A DNA stretch of 39,414 nt from an uncultured bacterium (lineage in GTDB: Bacteria; CAYUVA01). Made by a program: the position numbers and the translations under genes. How positions within the stretch are numbered: position 1 is the stretch's first letter; every line of letters starts with the position of its first letter. The notes beneath the pieces are model-generated. The model saw only the letters and a program-made list of their open reading frames with translations. It ran no database searches and was not told the origin of the DNA. This document shows, piece after piece, positions 8,096 to 17,980 of the stretch. The DNA lies in the NCBI GenBank assembly GCA_964448115.1, contig CAYUVA010000043.1, positions 1 to 39,414 of the forward strand, in the 5' to 3' direction.

Positions 8096-8893
8096 ATGCC
8101 ACAGATCCCCAAAAAACGCCCTACACTTGAAGAGATAAGAAAAAGCCTGCTGCCTGATATCGAGATAATCTACCAGGTCCTCCAACAGGCTGGCGTCCCA
8201 CTCGGTATCTCAGATATCACCGAACGTTTCCTCGAGTTGAGGCCATTAGAGGTGAAGAATCCGCCACTTGCTTTGAGAAATAGAATAAAAAATCACTCCC
8301 CGAGCAAGGGACGAATAATCAGCATCAATAAAAAGTATGCCCTTGAGAACTGGTATTATAACCGCGTGCCAGCTCGTGTGCGCCTAAGCGCATCGGAAAT
8401 AGAGAACGGGATCATCTCCATTGATTGGGTGCTCAGCCTCTTTTTCCCCAACAATGAAGTGAAGGCTAGATTCATCAATCAACCTGATGGCTTGCCGATT
8501 AAGGGAGCGATCCTGGAGATCTTCGGTAGCCCTAGGATATCCAAACTAAGCAGGTGGTATATGGACAATTGCGCTCAGCCTGGCGATGAGGTGATAATAA
8601 CCCCCATAGATATCGACAACTGCGAGTACCTGGTGCGCTATGAACCGAGCCAGAAGCGCAATCACAAGAAGATTGCCAGAGCCAACAAGGTCTTCACCGA
8701 TACGGTCTATGAGGTGCTATCCGAGCAGGGCAAGCCGCTTCCCCTTTATGATCTGATCCCCCTGGTACACAGCCGCATCGATTGGAACAAGATCGAGGCT
8801 CCGGAGAACTACATCGAGATCCTGAGTGGGGACAGCCGCTTCGAGATGGCGCGCTATTTCCAGCCCTCTTTAACAGAGTGGCATTACCATTAG
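8096..8893 (+). CDS. Hypothetical protein, probably two winged-helix (HARE-HTH-like) domains around a beta-rich domain
   Basis: IYQVLQQAGVPLGISDI and VYEVLSEQGKPLPLYDL repeats, ending YALENW and SLTEW; GGAGG about 18 bp upstream. Confidence 0.6.
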   Translation: MPQIPKKRPTLEEIRKSLLPDIEIIYQVLQQAGVPLGISDITERFLELRPLEVKNPPLALRNRIKNHSPSKGRIISINKKYALENWYYNRVPARVRLSASEIENGIISIDWVLSLFFPNNEVKARFINQPDGLPIKGAILEIFGSPRISKLSRWYMDNCAQPGDEVIITPIDIDNCEYLVRYEPSQKRNHKKIARANKVFTDTVYEVLSEQGKPLPLYDLIPLVHSRIDWNKIEAPENYIEILSGDSRFEMARYFQPSLTEWHYH

Positions 8894-8910
8894 GCTGCCT
8901 AACCAATCGA

Positions 8911-8939
8911 TTGACAGCGCATCATTCAACAGCTATCTT
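8911..8939 (+). promoter_or_regulatory. Sigma70-type promoter of the envelope operon
   Basis: TTGACA-17-TATCTT. Confidence 0.65.
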
Positions 8940-8979
8940 AAGGTAATGATAGGAAATTATTATTAGCAAAGGAGTGCCC

Positions 8980-9786
8980 ATGAGATATCCAAACCGATTA
9001 GCAATAACATTCACCATTCTGCTGATAGCACTGGTCTGCTCAATGCCACGGGTCCTTGCGTCCGATGATGATAGCGCATTGACCGGTAAAGAAATAGTGC
9101 AAAAAGTCATCGATAAGGAAGAGCCGACTAGCTCAAAGGCTGATGTGAAGATGATCCTGGTAAATAAGCGGGGAGATAAAAGGATAAGGGAAATAATCCT
9201 TTACCGTATGGAAATCGATGACCTGACAAGAACCATGATCCGCTTTTTGAAGCCAGATGATGTGCGGGGAACGGGATTCTTGGTGCGTGAGCGAAAAAAC
9301 GAGGATGACGAGCAGTTCTTATACCTGCCAGCCTTGGGCAAAGTGAAGCGCATAGCCTCCAGCCAGAAAAGCTCCAGCTTCATGGGCACCGACTTCACCT
9401 ACGAGGACCTGCAAAGCACGGATCTCAGGGAGGATGACGAACATAAAAGGCTGGCTGATGAGACCATCAATGGACAAGATTGTTATGTGGTAGAGACCAT
9501 ACCATCCAAAGAGAGGGATTCGCAGTACTCCAGGCTGGTGAACTGGATTCGCAAGGATAACCTGATACCGATAAAGACCGAGTTTTACGATAAAAAAGGC
9601 AAGTTGCTAAAGGTGATGGAGGTAAAGAAGCTGGACAAGGTAGATGGCTACTGGACTCCGCTTGGCACACTTATGCGCAATGTACAAAAGGATCACCAGA
9701 CCCTGCTGGTTGTTGACAGTGTAAGCAATAAGGCTGAGTTGTCCGAGGAATACTTCACCGAGCGCTACCTGGAGAATCCGCTCTGA
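8980..9786 (+). CDS. Outer-membrane lipoprotein-sorting protein (LolA-like family)
   Basis: Signal peptide; RFLKPDDVRGTGFL, QFLYLPALGKVKRI, SFMGTDFTYEDL, EFYDKKGKLLK; AAGGAG SD before ATG 8980. Confidence 0.88.
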   Translation: MRYPNRLAITFTILLIALVCSMPRVLASDDDSALTGKEIVQKVIDKEEPTSSKADVKMILVNKRGDKRIREIILYRMEIDDLTRTMIRFLKPDDVRGTGFLVRERKNEDDEQFLYLPALGKVKRIASSQKSSSFMGTDFTYEDLQSTDLREDDEHKRLADETINGQDCYVVETIPSKERDSQYSRLVNWIRKDNLIPIKTEFYDKKGKLLKVMEVKKLDKVDGYWTPLGTLMRNVQKDHQTLLVVDSVSNKAELSEEYFTERYLENPL

Positions 9787-9817
9787 TAACAAGACCTTCT
9801 ATCTGCTTTCTTCGGTT

Positions 9818-10201
9818 ATGAGAAGGATTACGATACAAGTCATTTTTATACTTGGCATAACGCAGGTTTTATGCTGCTCATCCAATCAACGCTGGATAAG
9901 GCAACAAAACGACTTTGCCATAACCTGTGCGAAACATGATCTCTGGGATGAAGCCTTGTACAGATGGAAGCGCATTCTCGATAAGGATCCCGATAATCCG
10001 AAGGCGCTGAACAACTTGGGAGTAGCAATGGCAAAAATGGGGAATTTCACCGAGGCTTTTGAATTCCTGCGCCGGGCTTACCAGATCGCCCCAAAGAACC
10101 GGAGAATAAAGGAGAACCTTCAACTGATCGAGAGATACCTGGCTGGTTCACTAAAACCTAAACAGAAGCAATTGGAGACCGATTTCAAAAAATATATTTA
10201 G
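9818..10201 (+). CDS. Small TPR protein, probable lipoprotein
   Basis: Hydrophobic N-terminus ending VLC-C; TPR motifs WDEALYRWKRILDKDPDNPKALNNLGVAM and EAFEFLRRAYQIAP. Confidence 0.8.
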   Translation: MRRITIQVIFILGITQVLCCSSNQRWIRQQNDFAITCAKHDLWDEALYRWKRILDKDPDNPKALNNLGVAMAKMGNFTEAFEFLRRAYQIAPKNRRIKENLQLIERYLAGSLKPKQKQLETDFKKYI

Positions 10202-10214
10202 CCACTTGCTTAAC

Positions 10215-10916
10215 ATGAAGCACTCATCCATAGGAAACCTCAATTGTTCCAGCCTATTTGCCATGCTTCTGCTCAGCCTTGTGTCTTTGCTGCCTGCCGG
10301 ATGCCTTATCCGCGATCGGGTTATGGTAGAGTTTCCTCGCCAGGCGGTAATAAAAACCCAAGGGATTCAAGTTTTAGGTGTGGTGCCAATCGCTACCACA
10401 GGAAACGACTTGAATGAGGGGGACGAATTCGCTCGCATGGTGATTAACCGCCTCAATAAAGAGAAGATCTTTAAGCAAGTTAAAAGGATCGAACTTGAGG
10501 ATTTCCTTGCAACCTTAAATGAGGCTTATGCAAAGACAAAAGGCAACAGCGCATACTGGAATTATCTTAAAAAGCATCTTGCCGTCGATGCTGTTTTATA
10601 TGGCAATCAGACCTTCAGCAGCCGGGACGCCAAGGGGATCGTTACTGAGGAGTACTATGATTACATGGGAAGGCTCAGGCAGCGCGATGTCTATAAGGAT
10701 CAAACCCTTTATTTATTGACTATCACTATCGAGATGGTATCTCTGGATAACGGAGAGACCCTGTATAGCAAAAAATTCGAGAAGGACAACCTGGTCGATG
10801 GCAGGGGATTTGGAAATATCTACGGCTATTACGACCTGGCAAGCCAGGTGCTCGCCGAGCTGGTGGACAAGCTCAAGCCTTCGCCGATGCAAAAGGAGAT
10901 GTACCTTGCGCGCTGA
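10215..10916 (+). CDS. Lipoprotein, CsgG/LpoB-like fold (tentative)
   Basis: Lipobox LPAG-C; LGVVPI..HLAVDAVLYG..IEMVSLDNGETLYSK pattern; start uncertain (10206, 10215 or later). Confidence 0.6.
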   Translation: MKHSSIGNLNCSSLFAMLLLSLVSLLPAGCLIRDRVMVEFPRQAVIKTQGIQVLGVVPIATTGNDLNEGDEFARMVINRLNKEKIFKQVKRIELEDFLATLNEAYAKTKGNSAYWNYLKKHLAVDAVLYGNQTFSSRDAKGIVTEEYYDYMGRLRQRDVYKDQTLYLLTITIEMVSLDNGETLYSKKFEKDNLVDGRGFGNIYGYYDLASQVLAELVDKLKPSPMQKEMYLAR

Positions 10917-13686
10917 AAAGAGCCCGATAGCCTTGGTTGTTCTTTTCCTTTTCGTTGCAACGGCAGCCTTTGGATTCGGCAAGAACAAGATAAACTTCAT
11001 TGACTTCAAATGGAAGTACTACAAGGTTGGCAAGTTCGAGTTTTACTATTACGAGCAAGAGAAGGAGTTAGTCCAGCCGGTTATCGACCTGTTCTTGGAG
11101 GCTTACGAACACCATCGGCGAGTCCTTAAGCATGAACTCCAGTATGATATACCGGTTGTATTGTACAAGAATCATTTCCACTTTGAGCAGACTAACATCG
11201 CTCCTTGGTTCATACCTTTGGGGGTTGGTGGCTTTGCCGAGATCTCCAAGCTGCGGGTGGTGATACCGATAAACGGCTCGCGAGAGCGTTTGCGTGAACT
11301 TGTTTACCATGAGCTTTGCCACTCGTTCCAGTACGATATCCTGTTCAATAGTCGCCTTACCCAGCTAATATCCAAGGCGCCGCAGTGGATAATGGAAGGG
11401 ATGTGCGACTACCTGTCGGATGACTGGTCTGCGCAAGGGAACATGGTGGTCTGGGATGCAGCGGTGAACGATAAAATACCATCCTTGGAGGACCTGGCTG
11501 ACTTCAGCTATCTCCCATCCCCTTATGTTGGTTACAAGCTGGGGCAATGGGCAGTCAAGTATATCATCGACAATTATGGCATGGATGCCTACCTGAATTT
11601 TCTCTGGCGACTAAAGAAGAACCTGCGCATGGAGAGCTTCTTAGACGAGGCGTGCAAGGAGGCTTTCGGTGTGAAACTCAAAGAGCTTAGCGATAGCTTC
11701 ATTAAACATGTAAAAAAGAGAGCCTGGCAGAGGTTCGAGGAGAAGGAAGATCCAGCGACCGCCTATGGAGACCCGTTGCTTAAGGATGAGCAGGGAGCTA
11801 CCGTCTTTGCGCCGGCATTCTCACCCAGCGGCGAGCTTATGGCTGTATTTTATACAAAAAGAAACAAGATTGACATAGATATATTTCCAGCCAAGGGTGG
11901 GAAACCGATAAAAAGTATAACCGAGAGCTTCGGTTGGACGAGCTACCTGGGGATAATTGACCAGGGGCACCCGATAGCCTGGTCGCCGGATGGAGACTAC
12001 ATAGCCTTCATCGCCCGGCAGGATTCAGGCAGGATCTTGTATATCGTAAATATCCTGAACAACCAAGTCCATGCCAAGGTCAAGATACCATATCCATCGG
12101 CAAGGTCGGTCGCTTTTTCGCCAGATGGAGAACGGATACTCTTCGCCGCTGAGAACAATAAAGGCTCGCCAGAGATATTTACATATAACAGGGCTGAGCG
12201 TTCCTTCAGCCAGATCACCAATGATGAGTTTTATGATGACTATCCGATCTGGATGCCCAATGGAAAGGCTATTGTCTATTCATCAGAGAGAGACGGTTAT
12301 TTCAAGTTGGTATATTTATCGCTCGAAGACAACTCAGCAATCCAACTCACCTTCGGAGAAGGAAATGATATCTATCCGGTTTGTGCTCCCGATGGCAAAT
12401 CTATCTATTATATCTCCGACTCTTATGACAATACCTACAATCTTTTTTGCATCGATCTTGAAAGCGAACAGATAAGACAACTCACCGATGTATTTACCGG
12501 CATAGAGCATCCGGCGATTACACCCGATGGAAAGAAGATAGCATTCTCTACATATTATTCTTCAATGTACCATGTTCATACAATAGAAGTTCCGCAGAAA
12601 GCTAAAAAAACAGAAACCATCGATAGTTCCACAGATCAGCCTGGCAAAGTTAACCTGTTCGATAAGCCACCGGATGGGAAGAAGCCGCCCTTCAGACTCT
12701 TGCCTGATGAGAACTTGATGGTCGAGGTGGGTATAAGCTCCGGTGGCATCTTCACCGGCAACACGCAGGCATCCTTCAGTGACATCATGGGCAACCATCG
12801 CCTGGTGCTGCTGGGGGTGAGTGAGGCTGGTTATCAGACCCTGAATGTCTATTATCAATACATAAGGTATCGCTGGGATTTCTTTAGCGGCTTCAGCGAT
12901 GGCGACCGCATCTACTATACTTACGGGGATTATTATATAAGGCAGGATCGCTCCATCACAGCCGGCATCCAGTATCCGCTGAATATATTCTATCGCACAG
13001 GCTTCTTTCTTTATCACCAGCGCACCAAGGCTGAATTTTATTATCAGTCGGGCAGCAAAATTAGATACCAGGCGACAGCAGCGACCATAAACCTCACCGG
13101 CGATACTGCCCTGTATAGCTATTTCGGTCCTATAAGCGGCTATCGCTTCCAGATAGATTATTCCCGCAGCATCTATTCGCCGAGCGAGACCGACATGGAC
13201 TTCTCGGAGCTTACGGTTGATGCACGCAAGTATCTCAGGCTCTCCAAGCGGAGCCTGTTTGCGGTACGGGCTGTGGGCGCTTTCTCTTATGGAGATGATA
13301 GGCTCTTTTACTCCATCGGAGGGTCCGGAACCGTGCGCGGGATCGACTGGGCTAGCTTGACTGGCACCAGGGTTGCTTTTGTCAACTTCGAGCTGCGCTT
13401 CCCCTTTATTGACATACTACAGTTGCCTCTGGGGATAAGGATAACCGGCTTGAGAGGCAATATATTCTGGGATGTGGGCGCAGCCTGGTTCGATTCCGAT
13501 GAGTTCAAGCCTACTGAAAAACAAGATGGACACTACCGCTTCCAGGACGCGAAAAGCAGCGTTGGCTATGGCATCCGCTTCGATATCGGTCCCTTTGAGC
13601 TATGGTTCGACTTTGCTCATCGCTTCGACCTGGTCAAGGTAGATCCCGACACACGCTATGAGTTCTCCATTGGCAGGAAGTTCTAG
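10906..13686 (+). CDS. Omp85/BamA-family protein with N-terminal zincin metallopeptidase-like domain and PD40 beta-propeller
   Basis: TTG 10906 after AAGGAG gives a signal peptide; HELCH..WIMEG; six PD40-type repeats (FSPSG, WSPDG, FSPDG, WMPNG, CAPDG, ITPDG); barrel with SIGGSGTVRG, NFELRFP, FWDVGAAW, GYGIRF and terminal FSIGRKF. Confidence 0.88.
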   Translation: MRAEKSPIALVVLFLFVATAAFGFGKNKINFIDFKWKYYKVGKFEFYYYEQEKELVQPVIDLFLEAYEHHRRVLKHELQYDIPVVLYKNHFHFEQTNIAPWFIPLGVGGFAEISKLRVVIPINGSRERLRELVYHELCHSFQYDILFNSRLTQLISKAPQWIMEGMCDYLSDDWSAQGNMVVWDAAVNDKIPSLEDLADFSYLPSPYVGYKLGQWAVKYIIDNYGMDAYLNFLWRLKKNLRMESFLDEACKEAFGVKLKELSDSFIKHVKKRAWQRFEEKEDPATAYGDPLLKDEQGATVFAPAFSPSGELMAVFYTKRNKIDIDIFPAKGGKPIKSITESFGWTSYLGIIDQGHPIAWSPDGDYIAFIARQDSGRILYIVNILNNQVHAKVKIPYPSARSVAFSPDGERILFAAENNKGSPEIFTYNRAERSFSQITNDEFYDDYPIWMPNGKAIVYSSERDGYFKLVYLSLEDNSAIQLTFGEGNDIYPVCAPDGKSIYYISDSYDNTYNLFCIDLESEQIRQLTDVFTGIEHPAITPDGKKIAFSTYYSSMYHVHTIEVPQKAKKTETIDSSTDQPGKVNLFDKPPDGKKPPFRLLPDENLMVEVGISSGGIFTGNTQASFSDIMGNHRLVLLGVSEAGYQTLNVYYQYIRYRWDFFSGFSDGDRIYYTYGDYYIRQDRSITAGIQYPLNIFYRTGFFLYHQRTKAEFYYQSGSKIRYQATAATINLTGDTALYSYFGPISGYRFQIDYSRSIYSPSETDMDFSELTVDARKYLRLSKRSLFAVRAVGAFSYGDDRLFYSIGGSGTVRGIDWASLTGTRVAFVNFELRFPFIDILQLPLGIRITGLRGNIFWDVGAAWFDSDEFKPTEKQDGHYRFQDAKSSVGYGIRFDIGPFELWFDFAHRFDLVKVDPDTRYEFSIGRKF

Positions 13687-13692
13687 CTCCAA

Positions 13693-15225
13693 TTACTTGG
13701 CTAGCAGCATCCCGATGGTATCCAACGCCGCCTGCACAACGATCTCGCCGGTCTCCGGTCCATAGAAGGTCGCCACTGATTCGTAGCCACCTTCCCAGTA
13801 CTCCTCCTCATCGGTGATATAGGAGATGTGGTAGTTGCCAAGCCCCACCGTGTAAAGGTCGCTCAAGCCGTATTCTGTATCAGCTCGATCCAGTAGTTCC
13901 CAACCTAAGCTAACAATCATCTCTCCTGGAATGGTAATCAGGACATTATCGTTGATGCTGAATGCCTGGAAGGCTGTATAGTCCTCCAACAAGCCGGTAA
14001 GTGGAATGGTGAGCCAAATAGGTATTGACTCTTCCTCTAATCCAGGGCGCACATAGGGATCAGGTAGATCGACATCGTTCCATGCCGAGTTGAGCACTAC
14101 ATCAGAAGCGGTAACAATTGTATCCATCACCTCGACCACTTCGGCGCCGAGCTTATCCCCGATATTCTTTGCGCCATCGAAGCCACCTCCATGACAACCG
14201 ACATCACCCTCGCAGTTATTGATGAATAAAGCCTTTATATCGCCACCATAAGCTTGCTCAATATATCGCTGGGCATATCCCATGTTATCGCCGGAGAAAT
14301 AACGATTATCGCCGCCCAGTGAGGTTGGATGTATGGCGAAGTTGAAGACCGAAGCGAGCGGTTCGCCGTCACTGGCACGCTCCACCTTGATAACCCGCAC
14401 CGTGGTATCTAGCTCTGGATCATCCCTTCGATTGTGGGAGATGCCCACGCAATCGCCGTATCCGAAGCCGATACGCGCCGGCTCCATGCTCTCCACAGCC
14501 TGGATGACCGATTGGGCGATCTTGGATGTCAGCATGTCGAATATCGATTGCTTGAAGATGTCCACCGTGCAGAGCTGCCACCAGGGTGTGGTTGCCATGG
14601 CTCCGGGTCCGGAGTGGGTGTGAGAGCCGGCGAGCATCAGATTCTCCCTGGCTATGCCATGCGGCGCTACCATGGTTGCGACTTGGTCATGAACCGTGCC
14701 AGCACAACCGATGGCATTTATCGAGACTATCGCCAGGGTCATGTTTCCATCATCGAGAACAAGCGCTTTCGAGGTCAGCCTATCGTGCACTCCCAGCATG
14801 GGAAGATAGAGCGTGTGGTATCCATAGGGATCGTGCAGGGGATCATCATCTATACCGAACCTGCTGCCATATCCTGCTGATGGACAACCGATGGGTGGGG
14901 AGATGTCAGCCTCGCCGACTCCGGCATAAAGGACGCCCTTGGCGCCTGGATGATCAAGCTCCCGGTATAATTGATCCGCTAATGCCCTTAGGCTATCCCT
15001 CTCGGCTCTCATATCTGGAAGATAGATATTATTGATGGTTCGTTCCCTTGTGTCCCTATCAAATCCCAGCCAGGTCATGACCCTTTCAAGCCTTTGATAG
15101 ATGCTGGAGATCAGCGGGTCATAAATCCGACCGCCTGGATTGCTGATTCCTACAGCTCCAAGCTCCAAGGCAAACATTGCCATGGCTATCAATGCTAATG
15201 CTGTTATACCCTTGTTCACTATCAA
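13693..15225 (-). CDS. Neutral/alkaline ceramidase-family secreted hydrolase
   Basis: Signal peptide; AGVGEADISP, GVHDRLTSKALV, GSHTHSGP, HNRR, NFAIHPT, EGDVG, IPGE, GGYE. Confidence 0.8.
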   Translation of the reverse strand: MIVNKGITALALIAMAMFALELGAVGISNPGGRIYDPLISSIYQRLERVMTWLGFDRDTRERTINNIYLPDMRAERDSLRALADQLYRELDHPGAKGVLYAGVGEADISPPIGCPSAGYGSRFGIDDDPLHDPYGYHTLYLPMLGVHDRLTSKALVLDDGNMTLAIVSINAIGCAGTVHDQVATMVAPHGIARENLMLAGSHTHSGPGAMATTPWWQLCTVDIFKQSIFDMLTSKIAQSVIQAVESMEPARIGFGYGDCVGISHNRRDDPELDTTVRVIKVERASDGEPLASVFNFAIHPTSLGGDNRYFSGDNMGYAQRYIEQAYGGDIKALFINNCEGDVGCHGGGFDGAKNIGDKLGAEVVEVMDTIVTASDVVLNSAWNDVDLPDPYVRPGLEEESIPIWLTIPLTGLLEDYTAFQAFSINDNVLITIPGEMIVSLGWELLDRADTEYGLSDLYTVGLGNYHISYITDEEEYWEGGYESVATFYGPETGEIVVQAALDTIGMLLAK

Positions 15226-15418
15226 GTCCCCCTATCTAATCCAAGTTCTTTCCATTATCATTTATATCATACCTCAAGCCAATATCAAACAAAAACGAAT
15301 GTTTCTATAACCATCGTTAACTTTAAGGAGAACAACTTTGGCATAGTCGCTTAGGAAAATTGCCGAAAAACCACATAATTAAAAAATGCTCATTTGACTT
15401 GCTTTCCTTTTCGGGTCA

Positions 15419-15447
15419 TTGACTAATTGAGCTAGATTATGTAAGGT
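15419..15447 (+). promoter_or_regulatory. Probable gyrA promoter
   Basis: TTGACT-17-TAAGGT; TAAGGAG SD at 15475-15481. Confidence 0.5.
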
Positions 15448-15490
15448 ATATCGATCACTTTTAGTTTCCATCCCTAAGGAGTTTAGAACA

Positions 15491-17917
15491 TTGTCGCCTG
15501 ACCAGATAGCAACCATCTCCATAGAGGAGGAGCTGAAAAGCTCCTTCATCGACTACTCCATGTCGGTAATCATAAGCCGTGCCCTTCCCGATGTGCGTGA
15601 TGGACTCAAGCCGGTACACCGCCGCATCTTGGTCGCCATGAACGACCTGAACCTAACCGCTGACAAGCCAGCCAAGAAGTGCGCCAAGATCTGCGGTGAT
15701 GTCAGCGGAAACTATCACCCGCACGGCGAGCAGGTCATATACCCAACACTTGTGCGCATGGCTCAAGACTTCTCCATGAGATACCCGCTGGTTAACGGAC
15801 AGGGTAACTTCGGCTCCATCGATGGCGATCCGCCCGCTGCCATGCGCTACACCGAAGCCAAGATGAGCCGCATCACGGAGGAGATGTTGAAAGATCTCGA
15901 TAAGGAGACGGTTGACTTCGTGCCCAACTATGATGGCTCGCAGGTGGAACCTGTGGTCTTACCTACCGTGCTACCCAACCTCTTGATAAATGGTTCATCA
16001 GGGATCGCAGTCGGCATGGCGACCAACATTCCACCTCACAACCTGGCAGAGGTTATCGATGCGCTGGTAAATATCATTGAGGATCCAGAGTGCACTACCA
16101 GCGACCTATGCAAGCACATCAAGGGTCCCGATTTCCCCACCGGTGGGATAATCTATGGTGTCGATGGCATAAAAAGCGCCTACGAGACCGGCAGGGGACT
16201 GGTCAAGCTGCGCGCAAACGCCTATATCGAGGAACATGAGAAGAGCGGCAAGGATTCCATCATCGTAGACGAGATACCCTACCAGGTGAACAAATCCTCG
16301 CTTTTGGAGGCTATCGCCAACCTGGTGAACAATAGGAAAATCGAGGGTGTCGCAGATATACGAGATGAATCGGATCGCGAGGGGATGCGCATCGTAATCG
16401 AGCTGAAAAAAGACGGCATCGCACAGGTTATCTTGAATCAGCTTTATAAGCACACCCAACTGGAGATCACCTACGGAATCATAATGCTGGCGCTAGTCGA
16501 TGGCGAGCCGAAGGTGCTTACCCTCAAGGAGATGCTGGAATACTTCATAGCCCACCGCCGGCAGGTAGTTATCCGCCGCTCCATATTTGAGCTGCAAAAA
16601 GCTGAAGCCAGGGCGCATATACTTGAGGGGATGAAAAAAGCGCTCGACTTCATAGACGAAGTAATAAATATCATAAGAAGCTCCAGCGATGGTACTCAAG
16701 CCAAACGCAGGCTCATCGAGAGCTTCGAGTTTTCCGATGAGCAGGCACAGGCTATACTCGACATGAGGCTGCAACGGCTAACCGGCTTGGAGCGCGAAAA
16801 GATCGACCAGGAATACAAAGAGCTTATAAAGCAAATATCGTACCTCAAGTCGATCCTGGGCAGCGAATCGGTGCTAATGGGAGTGATAAAAGAGGAGCTA
16901 CTCCAACTCAAGGAAAGATATCAAGATCCAAGAAAGACGCAGATCGCCCAGCAGACCGAGGATCTCTCCGCCGAAGATTTCATCATCGAAGAGGATATGG
17001 TGGTGATGATAACCCACCAGGGATACATCAAGCGCAACAAGCTCTCCTTGTATAGGGCGCAGCATCGCGGGGGTATAGGCGTTACCGGTATCCTGACCAA
17101 GGACGATGATTTTGTGGAGCACCTCTTTGTCGCCTCCACACATGACTATGTACTGGTCTTTACCAACCTAGGAAAGGTACATTGGATCAAGGTATATCAG
17201 ATACCGGAGGCAGGACGAGCAGCCAAAGGCAAAGCAGTGGTAAACTTCCTGCGCCTGGAGACCGGGGAACACATCGCTGCTTACATGCCGGTGCGAGACT
17301 TCAGGGAAGACCTGTTCGTTACTATGGTTACAAAGAAAGGCTTGGTGAAAAAAACCGAGCTGATGGCATTCTCCCGACCATTATCCTCCGGGATCATCGC
17401 CATAAAGATTAAAGAAGGCGACGAGCTGATAAGCTCCAGGCTGACTAATGGAAATGCTGACCTGTTCATTGCAACCAAGCTCGGAAAAGCAGTCCGATTC
17501 AAGGAAGAACAGATCCGCCCAACTGGGAGAGGTGCTATGGGAGTTATCGGGATAAGGCTCTCAAATGGCGATGAGGTCGTCGGTATGGAGGCTATTACCG
17601 AGCCTACAACCATCCTCACCGTTACAGAAAATGGCTACGGGAAAAGAACCGATATCGAGCAATACACTCCGAAAAACCGCGGCACTATGGGGGTTATCAA
17701 CATAAAAACAACCATGCGCAACGGATACGTGGTCGGAATAACTACCGTTAAGGATGGCGATGATGTAATCTGTATCACCAGCAAAGGCAAGATCATCAGG
17801 CTTAGCATCAAGCCAGAAAGCCTCAGGACAATTGGAAGAAATACCCAAGGTGTACACCTGCAAGATCTCGATGCCGGCGAGAAGATCGTCGCCTTCGGAA
17901 AAGTAGCCAAAGATTAG
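15491..17917 (+). CDS. gyrA: DNA gyrase subunit A
   Basis: [21 protein letters not shown], catalytic AAMRYTE, GyrA-box QHRGGIG, C-terminal pinwheel repeats. Confidence 0.97.
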   Translation: MSPDQIATISIEEELKSSFIDYSMSVIISRALPDVRDGLKPVHRRILVAMNDLNLTADKPAKKCAKICGDVSGNYHPHGEQVIYPTLVRMAQDFSMRYPLVNGQGNFGSIDGDPPAAMRYTEAKMSRITEEMLKDLDKETVDFVPNYDGSQVEPVVLPTVLPNLLINGSSGIAVGMATNIPPHNLAEVIDALVNIIEDPECTTSDLCKHIKGPDFPTGGIIYGVDGIKSAYETGRGLVKLRANAYIEEHEKSGKDSIIVDEIPYQVNKSSLLEAIANLVNNRKIEGVADIRDESDREGMRIVIELKKDGIAQVILNQLYKHTQLEITYGIIMLALVDGEPKVLTLKEMLEYFIAHRRQVVIRRSIFELQKAEARAHILEGMKKALDFIDEVINIIRSSSDGTQAKRRLIESFEFSDEQAQAILDMRLQRLTGLEREKIDQEYKELIKQISYLKSILGSESVLMGVIKEELLQLKERYQDPRKTQIAQQTEDLSAEDFIIEEDMVVMITHQGYIKRNKLSLYRAQHRGGIGVTGILTKDDDFVEHLFVASTHDYVLVFTNLGKVHWIKVYQIPEAGRAAKGKAVVNFLRLETGEHIAAYMPVRDFREDLFVTMVTKKGLVKKTELMAFSRPLSSGIIAIKIKEGDELISSRLTNGNADLFIATKLGKAVRFKEEQIRPTGRGAMGVIGIRLSNGDEVVGMEAITEPTTILTVTENGYGKRTDIEQYTPKNRGTMGVINIKTTMRNGYVVGITTVKDGDDVICITSKGKIIRLSIKPESLRTIGRNTQGVHLQDLDAGEKIVAFGKVAKD

Positions 17918-17980
17918 TAAAAGTCTTTAGTCTGTGGTTATTTGGCTTAAGGTTAATAAAACCATTAAGGGAATCTCATC

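Noticed and set aside
10798-10905. Track N-terminal extension of the Omp85 protein
   Set aside because: Overlaps the upstream gene; TTG 10906 has an SD and yields a signal peptide
15491-17917. parC instead of gyrA
   Set aside because: A GyrA-box (QHRGGIG) and full C-terminal domain are present
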